From: Dehalococcoidia bacterium
GTDB lineage: Bacteria; Chloroflexota; Dehalococcoidia; Lucifugimonadales; Lucifugimonadaceae
DNA length: 64,000 bases
Assembly: GCA_022451965.1 (NCBI GenBank)
Contig: JAKUNJ010000008.1
Coordinates: 8,931-72,930, forward strand
Direction of reading: 5' to 3'
The position numbers were made by a program, and so were the translations under genes. The notes beneath the pieces are model-generated. The model did not search any database and had not been told where the DNA came from. It worked only from the letters and a program-made list of their open reading frames with translations. Position 1 is the stretch's first letter. Each line of letters opens with the position of its first letter. Shown one piece after another: positions 19,610 to 28,479 of the stretch.

Positions 19610-20386
19610 ATGAATAATCTAATAACAATAGACATTGGTAATAGTAATGTAGATCTAGGTTTATTTGATAATAATAAATTAATTCATAGTGCTAAAATTT
19701 CTACTCAAGACAACAAATCAGAGTTTGAAATAGCAACATCAATAAAACAATTACTCAATATAACAGATAAAACTGCTCAGAATACTAAAACAATAATTAG
19801 TTCAGTTGTACCAAACAAAACTCAAATTGTATCAAAGGCGTCTGAAATTCTAACAAATAAAAAACCTCTAGTCTTGAGTCATGATAATAATTTACCAATT
19901 ATAAATAAATATAATCCACCTGAAGACGTTGGTATAGATCGATTAGTAGATAGTATTGCAGCTGTAAAATTATATGGAAAGCCAAATATTATACTAGATA
20001 TTGGTACTTGTTTAGTATTTAACGCAATTACTAAAAATAATGAGTATATTGGAGGTTCAATTCTTCCTGGCTTGAACATGGCATCAGAAAGCCTTGCAAA
20101 TTCTACTGCGTTGTTAAGACCAGTGGAATTAAGAATTCCTGAAAATATAATTGGAAATAATACTACTGAATCAATTCAATCAGGAATAATTCTTGGATAT
20201 GTAGAATTAATAAAAGGTGTATTCAATAAATATAAAAAAATAGTTTCTAAAGATCATGATATAAAGCTTATTATCACTGGCGGTGGTGGTGAATTAATAA
20301 TACCAAAATTAGATTTTGAATATATCTATAACGAAAAATTATCATTTATTGGGTTAAAATACATATATGACTTACTTGAAAAATAA
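19610..20386 (+). CDS. coaX: Type III pantothenate kinase
   Basis: 258 aa with N-terminal IDIGNSN, GIDRL, and a GGG motif near the C-terminus. Confidence 0.8.
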   Translation: MNNLITIDIGNSNVDLGLFDNNKLIHSAKISTQDNKSEFEIATSIKQLLNITDKTAQNTKTIISSVVPNKTQIVSKASEILTNKKPLVLSHDNNLPIINKYNPPEDVGIDRLVDSIAAVKLYGKPNIILDIGTCLVFNAITKNNEYIGGSILPGLNMASESLANSTALLRPVELRIPENIIGNNTTESIQSGIILGYVELIKGVFNKYKKIVSKDHDIKLIITGGGGELIIPKLDFEYIYNEKLSFIGLKYIYDLLEK

Positions 20387-21554
20387 AAATATTGTTCTTT
20401 GTGTAACAGGATCTATTGCAGCATACAAGTCTGTTTTTCTTGCATCTGCATTAGTTAAGGAAGGTGTAAACCTAAGAGTAATTATGACAAAATCGGCAAA
20501 GGAGTTTGTAGGTGAATCATCATTCTCTGGGATAAGTCACAACCAAGTAATAACAGGTTATTACGAAGGAAAAACTGATCTGTCTATAGATCATGTGAGT
20601 ATTGCAAAAGAAGCGGATCTGATTGTCGTAGCTCCAGCTAGCGCTAACTCTATTGCAAAAATTGCGCTTGGAATTTCTAATGAACCAATTGTAGGCACTA
20701 TTTTGGCTTCAAATGCTCCAGTTATTATTGCCCCTGCTATGGATGGGAATATGTATAACTCTAAACAAGTTCAATCAAATATAAAAACATTGATAGAATT
20801 AAATATGAAAATTTCTGGACCAACAAAAGGAAGATTAGCATCAGGAATAAATGAATTCGGCAGAATGACTGAACCCGATATCCTTATAGAAGAAATCAAA
20901 TCTATTTTAAAAAAAAAAAAAGACTTTAAAAACTTAAATGCAATAGTCACAGCTGGAGCAACAATTGAACCAATAGATCCTGTAAGATTTATATCAAACT
21001 GGTCTTCAGGTAAAATGGGTATTGCAATAGCAGAAGCATTAAGAGAAAGAGGAGCAAAAGTAACTTTTGTACATGGAAGAATTGATGATAATTCAATTAA
21101 CGGTATAAAAAAAATCCCTATAAAAAGTGCGATAGATATGAGAGATCAAGTATTAAGAAATATTGATGATAATGACTTAATTATTATGTCAGCCGCGGTT
21201 TCTGATTACAGAGTAAAAGAATTTTCTAAACATAAAATAAAAAAAGAACTACTAAGCTCAATAAAATTAGAAAAAAATCCTGATATTTTATCCGAAATAG
21301 ATAATAAAAAAATTATTAAGGTTGGCTTTGCAGCTGAATCAGAAAACTTGATAGAAAATGCTAAAAAAAAACTGCTATCAAAAGATTGTAATTTGATAGT
21401 TGCAAATGATATAACCTTAGAAGGAAGTGGTTTTGGTTCAAATAATAATAAAGCCACATTAGTTGATAAATATGGGTGTGAAGATTTACCACTTATGAAA
21501 AAATCAGAGTTAGCTCATAAAATTCTAGATAGAACAATACAATATATAGATTAG
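20367..21554 (+). CDS. coaBC: Bifunctional phosphopantothenoylcysteine decarboxylase/synthetase
   Basis: 395 aa. The flavoprotein N-domain is VTGSIAAYKS and APASANSIAKIA. The C-domain is TAGATIEPIDPVRFISNWSSGKMG and AAVSDYR. Confidence 0.9.
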   Translation: MTYLKNKNIVLCVTGSIAAYKSVFLASALVKEGVNLRVIMTKSAKEFVGESSFSGISHNQVITGYYEGKTDLSIDHVSIAKEADLIVVAPASANSIAKIALGISNEPIVGTILASNAPVIIAPAMDGNMYNSKQVQSNIKTLIELNMKISGPTKGRLASGINEFGRMTEPDILIEEIKSILKKKKDFKNLNAIVTAGATIEPIDPVRFISNWSSGKMGIAIAEALRERGAKVTFVHGRIDDNSINGIKKIPIKSAIDMRDQVLRNIDDNDLIIMSAAVSDYRVKEFSKHKIKKELLSSIKLEKNPDILSEIDNKKIIKVGFAAESENLIENAKKKLLSKDCNLIVANDITLEGSGFGSNNNKATLVDKYGCEDLPLMKKSELAHKILDRTIQYID

Positions 21555-21564
21555 GAGATATAAA

Positions 21565-21819
21565 TTGAGACTCTACTGGAGAACACGAAAAAATGGGTTG
21601 GATTTAGTTGTTGAAAATGATGATAAGGATATTTTCATAGTCGGAGGAGTTAGGGAAACTAAAAGAGGTATTGAAGCTCTTGCTAAAACAAATGGTTATG
21701 ATCCATCTAGAGCAATAAAAGGTTTAGAATCAGTTGAACAAGGAAAAATATTTGTGGAAAACTTTCAGCCTTGGTTAGAATTTTTTCCAGGCGAAGATCT
21801 TAATATAGAATTAGAATAG
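21565..21819 (+). CDS. Hypothetical protein (84 aa)
   Basis: TTG start, 7 nt downstream of AGGAG. No recognisable motif. Sits tightly between coaBC and the RraA-like gene. Confidence 0.4.
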   Translation: MRLYWRTRKNGLDLVVENDDKDIFIVGGVRETKRGIEALAKTNGYDPSRAIKGLESVEQGKIFVENFQPWLEFFPGEDLNIELE

Positions 21820-21826
21820 GAATATT

Positions 21827-22480
21827 ATGAACCTAAAAGAAATTATTAAAGGATTAATAGAATATGATTCTGCGACAGCTCAAAATGCTCTTATGACTAT
21901 GGATGAATATGATAAAGAGCAAATTGATTATTCTAGCCCAGATCTAAAATCATATTACTTAGGATCTAAACCTGTAGTTGGTATAGCTGTTACATGCAAG
22001 GTTACACCTTTGTACGAACCCAAGAAAAAAATCGATTGGGACTATTATTATAATGAAATTGAATCTTCAGAATTACCAGTTATAGGCGTAATAGTAGATA
22101 TTGAAAAAAATAAAGGCAGAGGGGCAGTTATGGGAGACGGTATGGCTCTAAAGCATAAAGCATTAGGTGCTGTAGGTGTAATAAATGGTGGATCAATAAG
22201 AGATCTTCCAGGGATTGCTGCAGCTGAAATGCCAGTTTGGGCTACAGGTAGAGTTCCTGGTCATGGGCCTTTTAACTTAATAGAAGCACAAACTAGAGTA
22301 GAAGTTGGAGACTTAATTATTAATCCAGGTGATCTTATAATTGGTGATAGTGATGGAATAACAAGAATTCCTATGCATTTAGCGGAAGAAACATTAATTC
22401 GCTGCAAGCAAGTCAGAGAATTTGAATCCAAAATATTTGATGAATTAAAAAAAAAGATTTCAAGTATAGAGGAAAAGTAG
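21827..22480 (+). CDS. RraA-family protein (RraA / 4-hydroxy-4-methyl-2-oxoglutarate aldolase-like)
   Basis: 217 aa. GAVMGDGMALKHKALGAVGVINGGSIRD and DSDGI are typical of the RraA/demethylmenaquinone methyltransferase-like fold. Confidence 0.7.
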   Translation: MNLKEIIKGLIEYDSATAQNALMTMDEYDKEQIDYSSPDLKSYYLGSKPVVGIAVTCKVTPLYEPKKKIDWDYYYNEIESSELPVIGVIVDIEKNKGRGAVMGDGMALKHKALGAVGVINGGSIRDLPGIAAAEMPVWATGRVPGHGPFNLIEAQTRVEVGDLIINPGDLIIGDSDGITRIPMHLAEETLIRCKQVREFESKIFDELKKKISSIEEK

Positions 22481-22493
22481 GCTATAGATCACT

Positions 22494-25142
22494 CTAAAAT
22501 TCAGTTTCCTTAATTAGTATTTTAGTTATTATTTCTTCTTTAAGTGATGTTTCCTCGACAAAATCTTCACAACCAGAGGCATTACTGAAGTCTTCTATTA
22601 TATTTTGAATAATATTAATATTATGTTTATTTGATTGAATCATTATTTGTTTTACTGGCTTACCCAAACCAACACCTTCAGATGTTTTTGTTTGTCTTAC
22701 AGACCTAATCGCCTTAATTGCAACTTCTAGTGTGTCTTCGAATTTCGGTTTATTATAATTTTGAAATTCTTCCTTTGATGGCCATTTTGATTGATGAATT
22801 GATCTTATTCCATAATCATTCTTAAAACACCAAGACCATATTTCTTCTGTAATTGTAGGCAGGACAGGAGATAAAAGTCTTAGAAGAGTTGATAGACCTA
22901 TTCTCAAACAAGTTACAGCTGATGCTTTGTCATTACCTTTAGAATTAAAAACTCGTTTCTTTACTAATTCTAAATAATTATCAGTATAGGTATTCCAAAA
23001 AAATTCTTCGGTAATTTGAAGAGCTTGGGCAAACTGAAATTTATCATAATTATCAGTTACATCTATGACCATTTTTTCTAAATCATTTATAAACGAAGCA
23101 TCAATTTCATTTAATTTTTCAGTATGAAATGACTCATGCGATAAAACAAATTTTGCGGCATTATAAAGCTTAGTAACAAGTTTATTACCTACAACAAATA
23201 CATTTTCATCATAAGTCGTATCGGTCCCTAATCTGGCAGAAGCAGCCCAATATCTTACTGCATCAGCTCCAAATTTCTCAATAGTTTCAATTGGAGTTAT
23301 AACATTTCCTTTAGATTTACTCATTTTTTTTCTATCGGGATCAAGTATCCACCCAGAAATCACTACATTCTTCCAAGGTATTGAGTTACTATGAAGATAA
23401 GATTTTACAATTGTATAAAAAGCCCATGTTCTAATTATTTCATGACTTTGAGGCCGTATATCCATAGGAAAAATTGACTTCATTTCGTCTTTATCAGGCA
23501 AGCCCCATTTAGCGATTATTTGAGGAGTCATAGAAGAGGTAAACCAAGTATCAAAAACATCTTTCTCGCCAATAAATCCGTTAGGCTTTCCTCTATCTTT
23601 TTCTTGATAATTATCAGGGATATCTATCTCTGGATCAATTGGTAAATTAGAAATATTTGGTAGGATTACGTCATTATAGTCAACTTTACCTTTTTCATCT
23701 ATCTTGTACCAAACAGGTATTGGAACCCCAAAAAATCTTTGTCTGCTTATACACCAATCTATTGCTAAATTTTGCGTCCAATTCTCAAATCTTTTGGACA
23801 TATAATTAGGATGCCAATTAATATTTTTACCTATTTCTAAAAGATCATCTTTCTTATCAGTAATCTTAACAAACCATTGCCTTGAGGATATATACTCTAT
23901 TGGAGAATCTCCCTTTTCGTAAAATCTTACAGGATGTAAAATTTTCTTTGGATCAGATACCAATGGGACTATATTATCTAAAGAATTTTGAGAATCTTTG
24001 AGCATTTCAATTATTAAGTTTTTAGACTGCTTTAGAGTCTTATTATAAAATTTATAAATATTTTTATTAGCTTTTTCAGCATTTACACTTATCCATTCAT
24101 TTTTTTCTTTTTTATGGTCAAAATTTATTTCTAAAACTTTACCGTCAGATCCAAAAAGTTGTCTAAGAGGAAGTTTGTTTTCTCTCCACCAAACTACGTC
24201 CGTTTGATCTCCAAAAGTACAAACCATCAAAATACCAGTCCCCTTCTGCATATCAACAAGTTTGCTGGGGAAAATAGGTACTGGAGCAAAAAAAACAGGA
24301 GAAATAGCAGTTTTATTAAAAAGATGCTTATATCTTTCATCATCTGGGTGAGCTGTAATTCCTACGCAAGATGCTAGTAATTCAGGTCTCGTTGTAGAAA
24401 TTATTAAATTTTCTTTAGAGTCTTGAATATTAAATCTTATATCATGATAAGCTCCATCAATATCTCTGTCCTCGATTTCAGCTTGAGCAACAGCAGTTTG
24501 AAAATCTATATCCCACATTGTAGGTGATTCATATTGATAAATATGTTTTTTTTCATAAAGGTCTAAAAAAGAACTTTGAGATATACTCCTTGATCTATTA
24601 TCTATGGTTGTATATTCATCTTGCCAATCAATTGAATATCCCATTTTTCTAAATAAATCCTTAAAAACTAATTCATCTTGCCCTGTAACAATATGACACA
24701 TTTCAATAAAATTTTGACGATTAATTTTTAGCAAAGAGCTTTCTTTTAATCCTAAGCGTTTCTTTTCATTTTCAACACTTAAATTTTTAATATATGGGAT
24801 ATTATTATCAATTCTAACTCCAAATATATTCTGAACTCTTCTTTCTGTAGGTAAACCATTATCATCCCAACCCATTGGATAAACAACATTAAATTTTTGC
24901 ATCCGTTTATATCTAGCTATAATATCTTGATGAGTATATGAGAAAATATGACCTACATGTAGAGATCCAGAAACAGTTGGTGGAGGTGAATCAATAACAA
25001 AAGATTTATTTCTTGAGAGATTTTTTTCCCTAGAATATATTCGATTTTTTTCCCATTCATTTCTCCAAAAAGCTTCTTTTTCGAGATATTCAAATCTTTT
25101 AGGTAAATTTTTAGGATTTATATTTGTAAAATTTTTATTAAT
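22494..25142 (-). CDS. valS: Valine--tRNA ligase
   Basis: KMSKS (KMSKSKGN) and ValS-like body lie within the track ORF (22494-24902). The same frame stays open upstream and encodes the conserved N-terminus with HIGH (SLHVGH). No ATG/GTG/TTG is in frame there. I extended the gene to an ATT at 25142, which lies 6 nt after GGAGG. Identity confidence is high; the start coordinate is about 0.5. Confidence 0.85.
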   Translation of the reverse strand: MNKNFTNINPKNLPKRFEYLEKEAFWRNEWEKNRIYSREKNLSRNKSFVIDSPPPTVSGSLHVGHIFSYTHQDIIARYKRMQKFNVVYPMGWDDNGLPTERRVQNIFGVRIDNNIPYIKNLSVENEKKRLGLKESSLLKINRQNFIEMCHIVTGQDELVFKDLFRKMGYSIDWQDEYTTIDNRSRSISQSSFLDLYEKKHIYQYESPTMWDIDFQTAVAQAEIEDRDIDGAYHDIRFNIQDSKENLIISTTRPELLASCVGITAHPDDERYKHLFNKTAISPVFFAPVPIFPSKLVDMQKGTGILMVCTFGDQTDVVWWRENKLPLRQLFGSDGKVLEINFDHKKEKNEWISVNAEKANKNIYKFYNKTLKQSKNLIIEMLKDSQNSLDNIVPLVSDPKKILHPVRFYEKGDSPIEYISSRQWFVKITDKKDDLLEIGKNINWHPNYMSKRFENWTQNLAIDWCISRQRFFGVPIPVWYKIDEKGKVDYNDVILPNISNLPIDPEIDIPDNYQEKDRGKPNGFIGEKDVFDTWFTSSMTPQIIAKWGLPDKDEMKSIFPMDIRPQSHEIIRTWAFYTIVKSYLHSNSIPWKNVVISGWILDPDRKKMSKSKGNVITPIETIEKFGADAVRYWAASARLGTDTTYDENVFVVGNKLVTKLYNAAKFVLSHESFHTEKLNEIDASFINDLEKMVIDVTDNYDKFQFAQALQITEEFFWNTYTDNYLELVKKRVFNSKGNDKASAVTCLRIGLSTLLRLLSPVLPTITEEIWSWCFKNDYGIRSIHQSKWPSKEEFQNYNKPKFEDTLEVAIKAIRSVRQTKTSEGVGLGKPVKQIMIQSNKHNINIIQNIIEDFSNASGCEDFVEETSLKEEIITKILIKETEF

Positions 25143-25168
25143 TTCTAACCTCCATAGATATAAAATTA

Positions 25169-25882
25169 TTAATAAGCATAATCTATATTTTTTTTTCTAC
25201 TAGATAAATTATTTTTTTTATTATTGATATTTATTCTTTTTGACTCAGAATCTAATAAATTGAATAAAAAAGAAGTACCTTTTTTTGTATCAGAGGCTAA
25301 TTTTGAAGGTTCAGAAAAATCTACTCTTTTCTTGAAACACCAATATGTAAATCTTTCATCATCTAATTCAGAGTAATCATTAATATCTATCTTAAATTTT
25401 TCAGTAAATTCCATGAACAATTGATCATACGTAAAATTATAAATCTTCAAAAAAGCATCGTCTAACCTAAATCTTACAAAATTTCCATAAGAAGTTTGTC
25501 TCTTAGTTAGCTCTTCTTCTACGTTAGTGATTAAACATCTTTCAATAGTAACTCCATAAAAATAAGAAAGATGAGCAGAATATTTTTCATAACCTAACAA
25601 TTTCTTAAACTCTGTCTCTGAGAAACCACCATATAAGTGAGGTTGAACAATCCAATCCAAAATTTTATCTTTTAGGAAATTATCAACTAGAAGGTTATCT
25701 AGAATAAGATTAGCTAATCTTTTCCAATTAAAAGCTTGATTAAATATTATAAAATCATATTTTTTATTTTTATGAATCTTCCAAGAATTAATTATTTTTA
25801 AGATATTTGACTTATAATTTTCTTCATTTATATCTGAAAATTCTTGAATTAATTTTTTTTCATAAGCATTAATTTCAGACAT
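25169..25882 (-). CDS. Hypothetical protein (237 aa), no recognisable family
   Basis: Long ORF packed between secA (7-nt gap) and valS (26-nt gap) on the same strand. No TM segments and no motifs I can assign. Confidence 0.5.
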   Translation of the reverse strand: MSEINAYEKKLIQEFSDINEENYKSNILKIINSWKIHKNKKYDFIIFNQAFNWKRLANLILDNLLVDNFLKDKILDWIVQPHLYGGFSETEFKKLLGYEKYSAHLSYFYGVTIERCLITNVEEELTKRQTSYGNFVRFRLDDAFLKIYNFTYDQLFMEFTEKFKIDINDYSELDDERFTYWCFKKRVDFSEPSKLASDTKKGTSFLFNLLDSESKRININNKKNNLSSRKKNIDYAY

Positions 25883-25889
25883 TAGATCT

Positions 25890-28475
25890 TTATCTTCTTT
25901 TCTTATTTGTTTTCTTATTCAATCTTTCAATTCTTCTTCTCTCTTTTCTAGAAAGATTATTAGTAGAACCTTGTTTTACACTATTTGAAGCAATTGTCAT
26001 ATTTTGTCTAGTTTGTTCAAAATCTTCCTTTTGAGTTTTATAATTATTATTTGATTTACTTTGAATTGTACTGACTCTCATAGAATCACTAACAATTTGA
26101 GATTTAATATTTTGAACTAAAAGAGAGAACATTTCAAATCCCATTTTTTTATATTGAATCAAGGGATTTCTTTGACCTATAGCCTCGAGTCCAATCGACT
26201 GTCTCATATTATCCATAATAGTTAGATGTTCAACCCATTTTGAGTCTATTGAATGAATAAAAATTGAACTATCTAGTCTCTTAGAAATCTCTTCAGTTAA
26301 GCTTTCTTTTCGCAATTTATAAATATTTTTAGCATCATTAAGTAGTAAATCTTTATTTATCTGTTCCAGATCTAAGTTACTCAAGTATTCATCAGGAAAA
26401 AGATTTCTTAAAAAAGAAATTTTATTAATATTATCTTGATCATCAAACTCATCATAATTAATAAAGAAAGAGTCTATTTCCTCTTCAAGATAGATATAAA
26501 TTTCATTATCTAGATTTTCATTCATTAGACCTTTATCTCTTAATTTATAAATAACATCGCGTTGAGTATTCATTACATCATCATAGTCTACTAATGTTTT
26601 TCTAATTTCAAAATGATATGCTTCCACTTTTGATTGAGCCGATTCAATTGACCTAGAAATCATTTTATTTTCAACAGCCTCATTTTCGTCCCAATTGAAA
26701 GCAGACATTGCAGACTTTATTCTATCTCCACCAAATCTTTTTACTAGATTATCTTCCGTAGAAATATAAAATTGGGTTGTTCCAGGATCCCCTTGCCTCC
26801 CCGACCTACCTCTTAGCTGATTATCTATTCTTCTTGATTCATGCCTCTCTGTTCCAATAACATAAAGTCCACCATTATTAATTACTTTATCGTTATTGGA
26901 TTCCCATTCAGCTTTATTTTTATAATTACTAGGATTTCCTCCAAGAATAATATCAGTTCCTCTTCCAGCCATATTTGTGGAAACAGTCACTGAAAATGGA
27001 GCACCTGCTTGAGAAATAATAGATGCTTCAGATTCATGTTGTTTTGCGTTAAGAATATTACACTTAATACCTTCAGATTTTAATAAATTTGACAGATATT
27101 CTGATTTTTCTATAGTTGTAGTTCCAACTAAAACTGGAGAGCCTTGATGATTTAAATCCTTAATTTTATTACTAACAGCTCTCCATTTTGCTTCCTCAGT
27201 CATATATATTTGATCCGGTAAATCATTTCTAAGTGAAGGTTTGTTTGTAGGAATTTCTAAAACTTCTAAATCATAAATTTTTTTTAATTCTTCTGCTTCA
27301 GTTGCAGCAGTACCTGTCATACCTGATAATTTTTTATATATTCTGAAGTAATTTTGAAGAGTTATAGTTGCATAAGTTACGGATTCTCTCTTAATAGATA
27401 CTGATTCTTTAGCTTCTATTGCTTGATGTAAACCATCTGAATATCTTCTTCCTTCCATTAATCTCCCTGTAAATTCATCAACTATTATCACCTCAGAATC
27501 CCTAACTACATATTGCTGGTTTTTTATATAAAAACTTTCAGCTTTGATAGAATTTTCAAGTAAATGTGAAAAAATCTGATTTTCTTCAGAATATAAATTA
27601 TCAATTGATAATTGTTTTTCTACCTTATCAATACCTTTTTCAGTAAGTGCTATTGATTGCCTTTTAGAATCAATTTGGTAATCTTCTTCAACTTTTAACT
27701 TAGAAGCAATATTAGAAAATCTTTTGTAATCTTGAGTTTTATCTGGTGCAGGACCTGAGATAATTAAAGGTGTTCTGGCCTCATCAATAAGTATATTATC
27801 AACTTCATCAACTATCGCAAAATTTAGATTGCCCTGAACTTTTTCATTTTTATTTTGAGCCATATTATCTCTTAGATAATCAAATCCAAACTCATTATTA
27901 GTCCCATAGATAATATCAGATTTATATACTTCAGATCTAGGAGTATCAATAAGGGTATATTCATCAGAATTTTCATTTTTTTCTAAGAGTAACGAACCAT
28001 TATTTTGTATACAACCTACACTTAATCCTAAAAATTTATAAATTTTCCCCATCCATTCAGAATCTCTTTTGGCTAGATAATCGTTAACAGTTACGATATG
28101 GACTGGGTCTCCAGATAAAGTATTTAAGTAGGCAGCTAAAGTAGCTATAAGAGTTTTACCTTCACCTGTTCTCATTTCAGCTATTTTCCCTTGATGAAGA
28201 CAAATACCTCCTATCATTTGAACATCAAAGTGTCTCATACCCAAAGATCTTTTTGATGCTTCTCTCACTAATGCAAAAGCTTCTTCTAGAACTGAATCTA
28301 ATGAATTAAAACTTTTATATTTCTTCTTTAGTTTATTAGTTTGAGATCTCAAATCTTCATCACTAAGATTTATAAAGTTTTCTTCAAGTGAATTTATCTT
28401 ATCAACTATTTTTTGTAGTTCTTTGATATCTTCATCATTAGAATTACCTATAATTTTTTTTAGAATATTTAACAT
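25890..28475 (-). CDS. secA: Preprotein translocase ATPase SecA
   Basis: 861 aa with MRHFDVQMIGG, MRTGEGKTL, DEVDNILIDEARTPLIISG, TNMAGRGTDI and GRSGRQGDPG. The tail is basic rather than a Zn finger. Confidence 0.95.
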   Translation of the reverse strand: MLNILKKIIGNSNDEDIKELQKIVDKINSLEENFINLSDEDLRSQTNKLKKKYKSFNSLDSVLEEAFALVREASKRSLGMRHFDVQMIGGICLHQGKIAEMRTGEGKTLIATLAAYLNTLSGDPVHIVTVNDYLAKRDSEWMGKIYKFLGLSVGCIQNNGSLLLEKNENSDEYTLIDTPRSEVYKSDIIYGTNNEFGFDYLRDNMAQNKNEKVQGNLNFAIVDEVDNILIDEARTPLIISGPAPDKTQDYKRFSNIASKLKVEEDYQIDSKRQSIALTEKGIDKVEKQLSIDNLYSEENQIFSHLLENSIKAESFYIKNQQYVVRDSEVIIVDEFTGRLMEGRRYSDGLHQAIEAKESVSIKRESVTYATITLQNYFRIYKKLSGMTGTAATEAEELKKIYDLEVLEIPTNKPSLRNDLPDQIYMTEEAKWRAVSNKIKDLNHQGSPVLVGTTTIEKSEYLSNLLKSEGIKCNILNAKQHESEASIISQAGAPFSVTVSTNMAGRGTDIILGGNPSNYKNKAEWESNNDKVINNGGLYVIGTERHESRRIDNQLRGRSGRQGDPGTTQFYISTEDNLVKRFGGDRIKSAMSAFNWDENEAVENKMISRSIESAQSKVEAYHFEIRKTLVDYDDVMNTQRDVIYKLRDKGLMNENLDNEIYIYLEEEIDSFFINYDEFDDQDNINKISFLRNLFPDEYLSNLDLEQINKDLLLNDAKNIYKLRKESLTEEISKRLDSSIFIHSIDSKWVEHLTIMDNMRQSIGLEAIGQRNPLIQYKKMGFEMFSLLVQNIKSQIVSDSMRVSTIQSKSNNNYKTQKEDFEQTRQNMTIASNSVKQGSTNNLSRKERRRIERLNKKTNKKRR

Positions 28476-28479
28476 TTAA

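Noticed and set aside
25138-25155. Out-of-frame ATG at 25155 opening a 5-codon mini-ORF (ATG GAG GTT AGA AAT TAA). Its stop overlaps the proposed ATT start of valS, raising the idea of a prfB-like +1 programmed frameshift or termination-reinitiation.
   Set aside because: The ATG has no SD of its own, because the GGAGG lies inside the mini-ORF. The would-be slip site AAT-TAA offers no re-pairing for tRNA-Asn in the +1 frame. Direct initiation at ATT with correct SD spacing is the simpler explanation.
25143-25168. T-box leaders upstream of the aminoacyl-tRNA synthetase genes valS and proS (58215 junction), as are common in Gram-positive lineages.
   Set aside because: valS is preceded by a 26-nt spacer, and proS abuts ispG with no gap. 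There is physically no room for a T-box of about 200 nt.
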